Translations under genes and position numbers: made by a program | Shown here: positions 54,901-64,000 of the stretch, in pieces | How the letters are laid out: every line of letters begins with the position of its first letter | How positions within the stretch are numbered: the stretch's first letter is position 1 | Assembly (NCBI GenBank): GCA_045632145.1 | Contig: JAZQWB010000030.1 | Coordinates: 48,333-112,332 of the forward strand | DNA: 64,000 nt | Source: Eubacteriales bacterium | GTDB lineage: Bacteria; Bacillota; Clostridia; Oscillospirales; CAG-272 | Direction of reading: 5' to 3' | Notes under the pieces: model-generated | The model's input: only the letters and a program-made list of their open reading frames with translations | Told to the model about the DNA's origin: nothing | Databases searched by the model: none

Positions 54901-57115
54901 GAAAAAAGTAATAGTAAACCCCATGGAAAATGAGGCAACCCCTACTATACAACCTATAACCGAAACACTTGAAAAGAACTATATGCCTTACGCCATGAGT
55001 GTAATTGTTTCGAGAGCTCTTCCCGAAATTGACGGCTTTAAGCCCGCTCACCGTAAGCTTTTATACACTATGTACGAAATGGGCCTTCTGACAAAGCAGA
55101 AGACCAAGAGTGCAAATATAGTTGGACAAACTATGCGTCTTAACCCCCACGGTGATGCCTCCATTTATGAAACAATGGTGCGTCTTACCAAGGGACACGA
55201 GGCATTGCTTCACCCCTTTATCGATTCCAAGGGATCGTTCGGTAAGCATTATTCAAGAGATATGGCTTATGCTGCTTCACGTTATACAGAAGCAAAGCTT
55301 GATGATTTCTGCCACGAATTATTCTCGGGAATTGACAAAGATGCCGTAGATTTTGTTCCCAACTATGATAATACAATGGAAGAGCCCTCGCTTCTTCCTA
55401 CCACTTTCCCCAACATTTTGGTATCTCCTAATCTCGGTATTGCGGTTGGTATGGCATGCTCTATCTGCTCGTTTAATCTTGCCGAGATTTGCGACGGAAC
55501 AATTGCGCTTCTTAAGAATCCCAACACCTCAATCGATCGTATGCTTGATATCGTAAAGGCGCCCGATTTCCCCGGTGGCGCGCAGATCATTTATGACCGC
55601 GAGCAGATGCGCAAGATTTATGAGACCGGATCGGGAAGCTTTAAGATGAGATGTAAGTATGAGTACGTTAAGAAGGATAGCTGCATCGACGTGCTTGAAA
55701 TTCCTTATTCCTCATCTATTGAGGCTATAATGAAGAAGGCCACTGATATGATAAAGTCAGGCAAGCTTCGTGAGGTTACCGACGTACGTGATGCTATCGA
55801 CCTTAACGGCTTTAAGCTTACCTTCGACCTTAAGAAGGATGCAAATCCCGACCTTGTAATGAAAAAGCTCTTTGCAGTAACCGAGCTTGAGAACAACTTT
55901 GACTGTAATTTCAATATTCTTGTTAACGGTGTTCCCATGCAGCTTGGTATCCGCGAGATTCTTACCGAGTGGATCAAGTTCCGCGTTAAGTGTGTGACTC
56001 GCGAGCTCACCTTCGAGCTTGGCAAGAAGGAGCATAAGCTTGAGCTGCTTCAGGGTCTAGCTGCAATTCTTCTTGATATTGACAAGGCTATCAGGATCAT
56101 CAGAAACACCGAGCGCGAGGAGGACGTTGTTCCTAACCTCGCACAGGGCTTTAATCTTACAAAGATTCAGGCTGAGTATATCGCCGACATCAAGCTTCGT
56201 AACCTTAACCGTCAGTATATTATCAACCGCGTTGAGGAAATTGCCGAGCTTGAAAAGCAGATTGCCGACATCAAGGAAACTCTCCGCGATGAAATCAAGC
56301 TTAAGGGTACAATTATCACTAAGCTTCAAGAGGTTAAGAAGAAGTACGGCAAGCCCAGAAAGACCGAGATCGTTGTTAAGGATGAGACCCACGCACCAAC
56401 AGCCACAGAGGATCTCTTCTTTGAGAACTATAACTGCCGACTTATTCTTACAAAGGGCGGCTACTTCAAGAAGCTGTCTGTCCAGGCGGCTCGTTCTGCC
56501 GATGAGCAGAAGGTTAAGGAGGGCGACTTCGTTATTTACGAGGAGGACACCGACAACCGCGGCGACGTGCTCTTCTTTACCGATAAGGGACAGATTTATA
56601 GAGCAAGAGTTGCAGACTTTGAGCTTACAAAGGCCAGCATGATGGGTGATTACGTTCCTACCAAGCTTCAGATGGGTGATGACGAGCACGTTGTTGCCTG
56701 CAAGATGGTTTACGAGCTTAATCCCAAGCATCATATGGTTTACATATTCGAGAACGGAAAGGGCCTTCGTGTCAGTCTTGGTGCTTACGAGGCTAAATCC
56801 AAGCGCCGTAAGATTACAGGTGCATATTCTACCGAATCACCTCTTGCGGGTGCTGTGTATGAGGCTGATAAGCCTGTCAACCTATTTATTCGTAGTGACG
56901 GAGGCAGAGGAATGCTTATCAAGAGTAGCCTTATCCCCGAAAAGGCAACCAGAACAGCCGCAGGTGTTCAGATTATGAAATTACCCAAGAAGGGAGTTAA
57001 GGTGGATCTTGTCACCGATAGAATCGATGATATCGGTCAGGACGCACTTAAGTGCAAAAAGCTTGCACTTCCTTCAACAGGCTCACCCCTCGATCAGCTT
57101 ACATTTAATTTCTAA
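54893..57115 (+). CDS. type IIA topoisomerase subunit A (ParC-like; no GyrA box)
   Basis: YAMSVIVSRALPEIDGFKPAHRKLLY; catalytic AASRYTEAKL. The GyrA-box position reads ARSADEQKVKEGD. 740 aa. Overlaps the tsaC end. Confidence 0.88.
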   Translation: MAKKKVIVNPMENEATPTIQPITETLEKNYMPYAMSVIVSRALPEIDGFKPAHRKLLYTMYEMGLLTKQKTKSANIVGQTMRLNPHGDASIYETMVRLTKGHEALLHPFIDSKGSFGKHYSRDMAYAASRYTEAKLDDFCHELFSGIDKDAVDFVPNYDNTMEEPSLLPTTFPNILVSPNLGIAVGMACSICSFNLAEICDGTIALLKNPNTSIDRMLDIVKAPDFPGGAQIIYDREQMRKIYETGSGSFKMRCKYEYVKKDSCIDVLEIPYSSSIEAIMKKATDMIKSGKLREVTDVRDAIDLNGFKLTFDLKKDANPDLVMKKLFAVTELENNFDCNFNILVNGVPMQLGIREILTEWIKFRVKCVTRELTFELGKKEHKLELLQGLAAILLDIDKAIRIIRNTEREEDVVPNLAQGFNLTKIQAEYIADIKLRNLNRQYIINRVEEIAELEKQIADIKETLRDEIKLKGTIITKLQEVKKKYGKPRKTEIVVKDETHAPTATEDLFFENYNCRLILTKGGYFKKLSVQAARSADEQKVKEGDFVIYEEDTDNRGDVLFFTDKGQIYRARVADFELTKASMMGDYVPTKLQMGDDEHVVACKMVYELNPKHHMVYIFENGKGLRVSLGAYEAKSKRRKITGAYSTESPLAGAVYEADKPVNLFIRSDGGRGMLIKSSLIPEKATRTAAGVQIMKLPKKGVKVDLVTDRIDDIGQDALKCKKLALPSTGSPLDQLTFNF

Positions 57116-57116
57116 A

Positions 57117-57150
57117 TAAAAAAGGGCTTGCAAATGCAAGCCCTTAATCT
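57117..57150. terminator. terminator between parC-like gene and response regulator (better T-run on minus strand)
   Basis: aagggcttgc-aaat-gcaagccctt. Confidence 0.8.
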
Positions 57151-57151
57151 T

Positions 57152-57844
57152 TTAAATAAGTGTTTCAAACTTGTATCCAACACCCCAAACGGTCTTAAGA
57201 ATCCATTTATCAGAGACGTTCTCAATTTTTTCTCTGAGACGCTTTACGTGCACGTCAACAGTTCTGGAGTCACCGAGGTAATCGAAGCCCCAAACCTTGT
57301 CAAGAAGCTGGTCACGGGTAAACACTCTGTTGGAGTTAGATGCAAGGAAGTAGAGAAGCTCAAGCTCCTTGGGAGGAATGTCGATAATCTTATCGTTAAG
57401 CTTAAGCTCATATTTCTGGAGGCTGATTTCGATATTCTCGAATCTTACCACCTCATCGTCATTTTCCTTGGAATGAGAATTGTATCTACGAAGCACCGCC
57501 TTAATTCTTGCAGAAAGCTCCTTCATATCAAAGGGCTTTACAATAAAATCGTCAGCGCCAAGCTCAAGGCCAAGAACCTTATCAAAGACCTCGCCCTTTG
57601 CGGTGATCATAATAACAGGCTTTGCAGAGATTTCACGAATCTCGCGGCATACCTGCCAGCCATCCTTCTTGGGCATCATAATATCGAGAAGCACAAGATC
57701 AGGCTCGAAGGTCTTGAAATAATTTACACCCTCAACACCGTCGTTTGCGGTCTTTACGGTATATCCCTCGTTCTCAAAATAGAGGCGGAGCAGGTCGCAT
57801 ATATTAAGGTCATCATCAACAACAAGGAGTTTTTTGTTATCCAT
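57152..57844 (-). CDS. OmpR/PhoB-family response regulator
   Basis: LLVVDDD...PDLVLLDIMMPKKDG receiver domain; winged helix ...RTVDVHVKRLREKI. Confidence 0.92.
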   Translation of the reverse strand: MDNKKLLVVDDDLNICDLLRLYFENEGYTVKTANDGVEGVNYFKTFEPDLVLLDIMMPKKDGWQVCREIREISAKPVIMITAKGEVFDKVLGLELGADDFIVKPFDMKELSARIKAVLRRYNSHSKENDDEVVRFENIEISLQKYELKLNDKIIDIPPKELELLYFLASNSNRVFTRDQLLDKVWGFDYLGDSRTVDVHVKRLREKIENVSDKWILKTVWGVGYKFETLI

Positions 57845-58021
57845 ATCAAATTTCCTTTCTTTTATGTAGAATTATTAACTTTGTTAAAAAACTTTAAATC
57901 TTAATAATTACATTATACATTATAATTTTGTAATGTTCAAGAACTTTTTATGAATTTTTTTATAATATTTTTCTAAGAAAAGATATTTATACTAAAATTA
58001 CGATATTTTGACATATAACTA

Positions 58022-58050
58022 TTGAAATATAACTCCTTATATGATATAAT
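58022..58050 (+). promoter_or_regulatory. sigma-A promoter of ychF (TTGAAA-17-TATAAT)
   Basis: ttgaaa tataactccttatatga tataat. Confidence 0.6.
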
Positions 58051-58090
58051 ATACAAGTTAAATTGTCTTTTTAGATAAAGGAGTAATAAA

Positions 58091-59185
58091 ATGAAGCTTG
58101 GTATCGTAGGTCTTCCTAACGTAGGAAAGAGTACGCTTTTTAATGCATTAACTAACGCAGGTGCTGAATCTGCAAACTATCCCTTCTGTACAATCGACCC
58201 CAACGTTGGTGTTGTTGCAGTCCCCGACAAGCGTCTTGATAAGCTTGCAGAGATGTACAACCCCGATAAGTATACCCCCGCCATCATCGAGTTCGTTGAT
58301 ATCGCAGGTCTTGTTAAGGGTGCGTCCAGAGGTGAGGGCCTTGGCAACAAATTCCTTGGCAACATCCGCGAGGTTGATGCGGTTGTTCACGTTGTTCGTT
58401 GCTTTGAGAATAATGATATCGTTCACGTAGAGGGTAGCGTTGATCCCATCCGCGACGTTGAGACAATCAATCTTGAGCTTATCCTCTCCGACCTTGAGGT
58501 TATTGAGAGAGCAATCGATAGAACAACCAAGGCTGCCAGAGCTGACAAGAAGCTTCTCGAGAAGCTTGCTGTTCTTGAAAAGGTAAAGGCTGTACTTGAG
58601 GCAGGTAAGTGTGCACGTACAGTTGAGCTTGATGACGAAGAGATCGCATGGATCGAGGAGTCCAGACTTCTCACTCTTAAGCCCACCATTTATGCCGCTA
58701 ACATCTCCGAGGACGAGGTTAACGGTGATTACGTAAATAACGAGCACTTTGGTGCGCTCAAGGCTCACGCAGACAGCGAGGGTAGTGAGATTATCGCTGT
58801 AAGTGCACAGATTGAGGCAGAGCTTGCTGCTCTTGACGGCGAGGAGAAGGAAATGTTCCTTGCAGACCTTGGCATCGAGGAGAGCGGTCTTGACAAGCTT
58901 ATCAAGTCCTCCTATAGCCTTCTCGGTCTTATCTCCTTCCTTACCGCAGGTCCAAAGGAGGTACGTGCTTGGACAATTAAGAAGGGCACAAAGGCTCCCG
59001 GTGCTGCAGGAAAGATTCACACCGACTTTGAGCGTGGCTTTATCAGAGCCGAGGTTGTTGCTTTTGATGACCTTGTACGCGAGGGTGACAGAAACAAGGT
59101 TAAGGAAAAGGGCCTTCTTCGTTCCGAGGGTAAGGAATACGTTATGAAGGACGGCGACGTTGTAGAATTCCTCTTCAACGTATAA
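58091..59185 (+). CDS. ychF: ribosome-binding ATPase YchF
   Basis: [21 protein letters not shown]...[12 protein letters not shown]; C-terminal TGS ...[14 protein letters not shown]. Confidence 0.96.
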   Translation: MKLGIVGLPNVGKSTLFNALTNAGAESANYPFCTIDPNVGVVAVPDKRLDKLAEMYNPDKYTPAIIEFVDIAGLVKGASRGEGLGNKFLGNIREVDAVVHVVRCFENNDIVHVEGSVDPIRDVETINLELILSDLEVIERAIDRTTKAARADKKLLEKLAVLEKVKAVLEAGKCARTVELDDEEIAWIEESRLLTLKPTIYAANISEDEVNGDYVNNEHFGALKAHADSEGSEIIAVSAQIEAELAALDGEEKEMFLADLGIEESGLDKLIKSSYSLLGLISFLTAGPKEVRAWTIKKGTKAPGAAGKIHTDFERGFIRAEVVAFDDLVREGDRNKVKEKGLLRSEGKEYVMKDGDVVEFLFNV

Positions 59186-59203
59186 TCTAAATATAATAGT
59201 TAT

Positions 59204-59232
59204 GGCAGGGCTTTTGGCCCTGCCGCTTTTTT
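59204..59232. terminator. terminator between ychF and comEC
   Basis: ggcagggc-ttttg-gccctgcc followed by gctttttt. Confidence 0.8.
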
Positions 59233-61468
59233 ATTTGTAGTAAACAATTTCTTCAGGGTGCGAGTATATTTCACAACCGTTGTTAAGGTACATCTCCATA
59301 TTTTCTTGCTTAAGATATATGTTTTCACCTTGGATTATAATGCTATCAAGATCATTAAAGAATTCCTCTATATACGTCTTGCTTGAGTATTTTTTGCCAT
59401 GCTCACCCAGTATAAGATGATCCGAGAGAGAAATACAGTTCTTTAGATATTCTGCCTTATCACTAGCTAAAAGACCCGAGGAAATATATGTATACACCTC
59501 ATCTCCCTTTGCGACAGTAAAGGCATTCATCGAGGTTTCTCCATACGATGACGAATATAGCAGATTAATACTGTACTTACCGACAGAAACGGTTTCATAT
59601 TCCTGGAATAAAACAACCTCGGCACGATAATCCTCAACCGTTTTATAGATAACCTTAAGTATAGTTTCCTCGTCATCATTTCTGGGGGTAGGAAGATATA
59701 TTTTCTCAACCAAAACGTTGCTCAAAAGCACCTCTAGCTCGTCGTCAATACTCCAGGAATAGTGGGTAAGATAGTATTTATCAAGATACGTAACGTTCGC
59801 GTCCTCAAGAAAATCTATAGTTGTATATGCAAGATTTTTAGCATATTGGGCAGAATTTATTAGGCAGACTTGATTTTCCGATCTAACAAGGACCTCATCA
59901 CACTTTGCTGATGAATAGTATCCTACAGTTTCATCGTTGCTTACGTAAACGGTGGCCACAGCAGGCACAACCGTAATTATCATAAACAAAACAACGATCA
60001 AGTTCATCATTTTAATGGGCTTCTTAAACTTCAAGATCAGGTAAAGGAAGAATATCATTGTATAGACAATAATCATAACCTTCACAAAGTCGAAATTTGA
60101 GGAAACGTATGCAAACTCTAAAGAGGATAGAAGCAACGCCAGTTTTGTCATCAGGAAGCAAACAGGTGTCAAAAGCCAACCTACAGGCAATATCCAACCG
60201 ACTAGGAGCAGTAAGCATCCAAGATACATTATAATCTCGGCAATAATAGAAAAGATGATAGTAGCAATGGGTGCTAAAATTGAGAATCCACCGAAGTTAT
60301 ACGTTGAAACCGCCAAGGTGGCACTAATAGCAAATACAGAAGCAAGAATTCCAAAAGAGATATACCTTAAAATCTTCCCTAGAATATCTTCTGCCTGCTT
60401 GAATTTCCTTGTATTCTCGCCAAGTGCAATAATACCGAAGGTTGCAAGAGCTGAAAGGTGCAAGGAAACGTCATATATTGCATTAGGATTAATAATACAA
60501 ATAATTGTTACGGCTACCGCAAGAGAGGTGAGTGAATCCTTGCCTCTCGACAGAAGAAATAGCAACGAGCCGATTATAAGCATCAAGCCTGCTCGGACTA
60601 CAGAAACTGAGAAGCCTGTAAATGCCATGTATAGACATACGAAAATTACAGTAGTTATTATACGTTTCTTTTTACCAATCCTCAATAGCATCAGTAGCTT
60701 CTCAATACCGAGAGATAGTATTGCAAGATGCATACCGCTGAGAGCAAGTATATGCGATATACCTATTCTCCTGAAATCCAGCCTCAGCTGCGAGGGTAGG
60801 TAATCGCGTTCACCAAGCAAAAGAGCAGAAACGATAGCACCAGAGTCCTTGTCCGACCTGGATATAATATATCTTGTCACGTATTCTCTTGCCTTACTTA
60901 CCAGAGTTGTTAAATCTCCGCTTGTATATTCAATTATTTTAAAATCCCGAACGTCGCTTGCATAGGCATTGATGCCTTTAGAAATATTGTAGCTCCTGCT
61001 TTCATCGGAAAAGCCCTCTAGCAGAGCATAAAAGCTAACTCTTGTGCCCTCTACAACTCCTTTAGCCTCCGCCTTTTTCACATAGGCATAAACACTATAG
61101 GATTTACCGTATTTATCATTTAACCTCTCAACGTTAACGTGCAAACGAGTAGTGTATGAGGAGCTTTCACTAACACCGATAACAACACCCTCAATTTTAA
61201 CCTCGTCCTCATATATGTCGTATGCGTTAAAATAGCAATCAAAATACAGATATGAGAGCAAAGATGCAAGGATAAGCGCAAATGATACCAAAGCTATAAG
61301 TATTTGCTTTGCTCGGTGCTTTCTTAAAAATAAGCAGATAATTAATAGCAGAAGGGAAATACAACATAAACCAATTCTAATAATCGGTATGTCGAGTGAA
61401 AATAAGAAAAAGCCACAAAGTCCAATACAGAGTATCAAGCAAAGTGGCCTTTTATTAAATATGTTCAT
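59231..61468 (-). CDS. comEC: ComEC/Rec2 family DNA internalisation channel protein with degenerate C-terminal MBL domain
   Basis: RRIGISHILALSGMHLAILS competence-domain motif; many TM spans. The C-terminal region aligns to the MBL domain but reads LTHYSWSI instead of HxHxDH. Confidence 0.85.
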   Translation of the reverse strand: MNIFNKRPLCLILCIGLCGFFLFSLDIPIIRIGLCCISLLLLIICLFLRKHRAKQILIALVSFALILASLLSYLYFDCYFNAYDIYEDEVKIEGVVIGVSESSSYTTRLHVNVERLNDKYGKSYSVYAYVKKAEAKGVVEGTRVSFYALLEGFSDESRSYNISKGINAYASDVRDFKIIEYTSGDLTTLVSKAREYVTRYIISRSDKDSGAIVSALLLGERDYLPSQLRLDFRRIGISHILALSGMHLAILSLGIEKLLMLLRIGKKKRIITTVIFVCLYMAFTGFSVSVVRAGLMLIIGSLLFLLSRGKDSLTSLAVAVTIICIINPNAIYDVSLHLSALATFGIIALGENTRKFKQAEDILGKILRYISFGILASVFAISATLAVSTYNFGGFSILAPIATIIFSIIAEIIMYLGCLLLLVGWILPVGWLLTPVCFLMTKLALLLSSLEFAYVSSNFDFVKVMIIVYTMIFFLYLILKFKKPIKMMNLIVVLFMIITVVPAVATVYVSNDETVGYYSSAKCDEVLVRSENQVCLINSAQYAKNLAYTTIDFLEDANVTYLDKYYLTHYSWSIDDELEVLLSNVLVEKIYLPTPRNDDEETILKVIYKTVEDYRAEVVLFQEYETVSVGKYSINLLYSSSYGETSMNAFTVAKGDEVYTYISSGLLASDKAEYLKNCISLSDHLILGEHGKKYSSKTYIEEFFNDLDSIIIQGENIYLKQENMEMYLNNGCEIYSHPEEIVYYK

Positions 61469-61486
61469 GGGTAAATCTCGGTAATA

Positions 61487-62431
61487 TTATTTTTCAATGC
61501 CGGTATAAAGAAGCTGAGAACCCTTGGGAACAACAAAATTGAATCCTGCGGGTACAACCTTAAAGTCAACCTTCTTACCGTGGAAAATCTCACCGTCAAT
61601 ACAAATAGGCTGATCGTTTTCGAATTCCATCTTAAAGTGATTGGTACGAATATACTTAAACACCTTCTGAGCATTCTTTTTAACCAAGAACGTACCTTCC
61701 TTATAGCAACCGATAAGCTGTATAAAGTTAAGCCTAGAAACCTTCTTGATAATGGTAATATCCATAAGTCCGTCGCTAAGATTAGCAAGGGGGCAGGTAA
61801 GGAATCCGCCACCGCAGAACTTTCCGTTGCCGATAGCAGTAAGCGTAAGTGTACCATCAATAACAGTACCGTCATCAAGAGTAATCTTCATCTTAGTGCC
61901 AAGAGGGCGAAGGAAGAAGCCAACCACAACGCCAAGAATGTATGAAAGGCTAGGGGAGAGGAACTTATACTTACGGAATCTGTCAGCCTCGATTACTACC
62001 GCACAGTCAAAGCCGATGTTAACCATATTAACGCAATAATCGTCATTAACCTTAATAAGGTCAAAGGAATGAACAGTACCGTCGATCTGACTGTCAATCT
62101 CATAGAAGCGCTTCTTGTCGGTAAAGTTTCTAACAAAGTCGTTACCGGAGCCACTGGGAATAACACCAAACTCGACGTTAGGGTTACCGGGAGCGCTGTT
62201 GGCGATCTCGTTAATTGTACCGTCACCACCAACGCAAATGAATCTCTGGCGCTCGTCAGGATATTCCTTGATCATCTTTCTGACGTAGTCGATAGAATCT
62301 CTCGCCTTTGTGGTGTAATAAATGTGATAGCTCAGCTGTCTCTTAAGACAGCCTTCAACAATATCCTGTTCCATTTTCTTTTGCTGGAAGCTGCTACCGG
62401 ATTTTGGATTAAGAATAAAGTGAAAAATCAT
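61487..62431 (-). CDS. diacylglycerol kinase catalytic-domain lipid kinase (YegS/BmrU/DagK family)
   Basis: FILNPKSGS; ICVGGDGTINEIAN; IPSGSGNDF. Confidence 0.88.
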   Translation of the reverse strand: MIFHFILNPKSGSSFQQKKMEQDIVEGCLKRQLSYHIYYTTKARDSIDYVRKMIKEYPDERQRFICVGGDGTINEIANSAPGNPNVEFGVIPSGSGNDFVRNFTDKKRFYEIDSQIDGTVHSFDLIKVNDDYCVNMVNIGFDCAVVIEADRFRKYKFLSPSLSYILGVVVGFFLRPLGTKMKITLDDGTVIDGTLTLTAIGNGKFCGGGFLTCPLANLSDGLMDITIIKKVSRLNFIQLIGCYKEGTFLVKKNAQKVFKYIRTNHFKMEFENDQPICIDGEIFHGKKVDFKVVPAGFNFVVPKGSQLLYTGIEK

Positions 62432-62461
62432 GTTGATTCTCCTATAAATATTTATGCACGT

Positions 62462-62490
62462 ATTATAGCAGATAATTATAAAAATGTCAA
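62462..62490 (-). promoter_or_regulatory. consensus sigma-A promoter (TTGACA-17-TATAAT) for lipid kinase-comEC
   Basis: The minus strand reads ttgaca tttttataattatctgc tataat. Confidence 0.65.
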
Positions 62491-62503
62491 GTTTTTTGTA
62501 TTT

Positions 62504-63751
62504 TTATGCTTTTTTGCCGTTTTTACAATTGCTTACAATGTAATCGTGATATGCCTTGGCGGCCTGCTCGGTCTTGTTATTGCCGTAATTATAATAGTGC
62601 TTGCCGACAAGGTCCCCTGGCAAATAGGTTTGATTAACGTAATTGTTTTCGTATTCGTGAGGGTAAAGATAGCCTTCAAAATTGGGGCTCTGCAAATGCT
62701 TGGGCACCTGCTGACCAAGTCCCTTGGCAAGATCGTCACTTGCAGCATGGTATGCAATATAAGATGAGTTGGATTTCGGTGCTGTTGCAAGAATAGTTAC
62801 TATATTTGCTAAAGGTATAGCAGCCTCGGGCAATCCAAGAGATCTTGCACTTTCCGTACAAGCATAAGCCAGGGAAGCAGCCTGAGGATATGCACAACCG
62901 ATGTCTTCACTTGCAATGACAAGAATTCTTCTGCAGGCAGAAAGAAGATCGCCCGACGCAAGAATTTTAGCAAGGTAGAATATAGCGGCGTCAGGATCAG
63001 ATCCGCGAATAGACTTCTGCAAGCAGGAGAGAAGATCGTAGTGCACGTCACCGTTTCTGTCATAATGACCAACAACAGAGGGCAGAAGATCGGTCACCGC
63101 ATCGTGAGTAATCTCGTTATCCGAAATATAAAAGGCATTCTCAAGAACACCAATGCTCATTCTGACGTCTCCTGCACAGGCTCTGGCTATAGAGAGCATA
63201 ACAGAATTGTCAGCCGTTTTAGACGTGCCAAAATCACCGTTTAATAGCTCCAGAGCACGGTAAAGTGAGGGAATACAATCCTCGGGAGTTACAGATTTGA
63301 ACTCAAATACAGATGAACGGGAAAGCAGAGCATTGTAAACGTAATAATAGGGATTCTCGGTAGTAGAAGCAATAAGAGTAATCTTGCCGTTCTCCATAAA
63401 CTCAAGGAGAGACTGCTGCTGCTTCTTATTAAAGTACTGTATCTCGTCGAGATAGAGAAGAGTACCGTTCTCGCTGAATATGTTATCAACCGAAAGAATT
63501 ACGTCCTTTACGTCGGAGAGTGATGCACTGGTCGCATTTAGCCTATGAAGTTGCATGCCCGACTGTTCTGCAATAATATTGGCAACGGTTGTTTTTCCTG
63601 TGCCGGGAGGGCCGTAAAATATCATATTTGGAATTCTATTGCTATCAGTAAGACGGCGCAATATTCCTTTTGGGCCAACAAGATGAGCTTGTCCTGCAAT
63701 TTGATCGAAGCAGGTAGGTCGCATTCTGTCGGCAAGTGGTTTCTGTGCCAT
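62504..63751 (-). CDS. rarA: replication-associated recombination protein A (RarA/MgsA)
   Basis: LADRMRPTCFDQIAGQAHLVG; MIFYGPPGTGKTT; YLDEIQYFNK; HLQSPNF..Y.YPHEY. Confidence 0.94.
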   Translation of the reverse strand: MAQKPLADRMRPTCFDQIAGQAHLVGPKGILRRLTDSNRIPNMIFYGPPGTGKTTVANIIAEQSGMQLHRLNATSASLSDVKDVILSVDNIFSENGTLLYLDEIQYFNKKQQQSLLEFMENGKITLIASTTENPYYYVYNALLSRSSVFEFKSVTPEDCIPSLYRALELLNGDFGTSKTADNSVMLSIARACAGDVRMSIGVLENAFYISDNEITHDAVTDLLPSVVGHYDRNGDVHYDLLSCLQKSIRGSDPDAAIFYLAKILASGDLLSACRRILVIASEDIGCAYPQAASLAYACTESARSLGLPEAAIPLANIVTILATAPKSNSSYIAYHAASDDLAKGLGQQVPKHLQSPNFEGYLYPHEYENNYVNQTYLPGDLVGKHYYNYGNNKTEQAAKAYHDYIVSNCKNGKKA

Positions 63752-63773
63752 AGTAAATTACCTTTCTATTTAA

Positions 63774-63998
63774 CTACGAAATGGTAGAGGGGGAGACCAA
63801 GATACGTCTGTTTATTTCTTCACGAAGCAATTTATGTTCATCAAGCTTCAGCTCAGGATCGATAGAAGTAATCGATTTTGCAACAGAGAATGCTTTTTGA
63901 AGAAGGTCTGAGTTGTCGCAGAGGTTTGCGAACCTGAATTCAAATCCGCCACTCTGCCTTAAATTATCATTGGAAATCGAAGCAAATATATCTCCCGG
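63774..63998 (-). CDS. C-terminal fragment of an unidentified protein (5' end outside window)
   Basis: The minus frame is open from the window edge: ...FEFRFANLCDNSDLLQKAFSVAKSITSIDPELKLDEHKLLREEINRRILVSPSTIS*. The stop lies 23 nt before the rarA ATG. Confidence 0.5.
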   Translation of the reverse strand, partial: PGDIFASISNDNLRQSGGFEFRFANLCDNSDLLQKAFSVAKSITSIDPELKLDEHKLLREEINRRILVSPSTIS

Positions 63999-64000
63999 GC

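Noticed and set aside
1-64000. Search by eye for CRISPR arrays, tRNA/rRNA genes, transposases, integrases, phage genes, restriction-modification or toxin-antitoxin pairs, and reverse transcriptases
   Set aside because: None was seen. All intergenic regions over 100 bp (396-622, 6629-6736, 7942-8135, 19327-19677, 22646-22977, 37811-37943, 46785-46916, 57845-58090) are AT-rich promoter, leader or terminator DNA. Every large ORF has a housekeeping or envelope assignment. A tRNAscan/Infernal run would be needed to be certain.

Overview
This window looks like a core chromosomal segment of a spore-forming Firmicute of class Clostridia. The evidence is spoIIGA-sigE, spoVT and whiA, plus a strong CTT/GCT/GGT-type codon bias. 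A finer placement such as Ruminococcaceae/Oscillospiraceae would be a guess.

I call about 57 CDS, nearly all recognisable housekeeping genes: rpsF-ssb-rpsR, ispE, hslO, a phosphofructokinase, metK behind a SAM-I riboswitch, ruvAB, nusB-xseAB-tlyA-argR-recN, murB, whiA, dnaE, a clpE-like gene, mrp, rpmE, hflX, dnaG-rpoD, tmcAL, ackA, coaE, prfA-tsaC, a parC-like gene, ychF, comEC and rarA. There are also many near-consensus sigma-A promoters and rho-independent terminators.

By eye I see no rRNA, tRNA, CRISPR array, transposase, integrase or prophage genes.

The accessory-looking parts, and my best candidates for something undescribed, are:
1. A terminator-bounded pair (623-6628) encoding a 1,533-aa secreted repeat protein and a membrane-anchored EEP phosphoesterase with four 36-aa seven-Cys repeats.
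2. A four-gene operon (12553-19326) in which a YwaF/TMEM164-like polytopic domain is fused to an ABC ATPase, followed by a permease and two surface proteins.
3. A metK SAM-I riboswitch that appears to lack helix P4.

All calls come from reading the sequence and ORF translations against remembered family motifs. No database search was run, and start codons were chosen by inspecting ribosome-binding sites.
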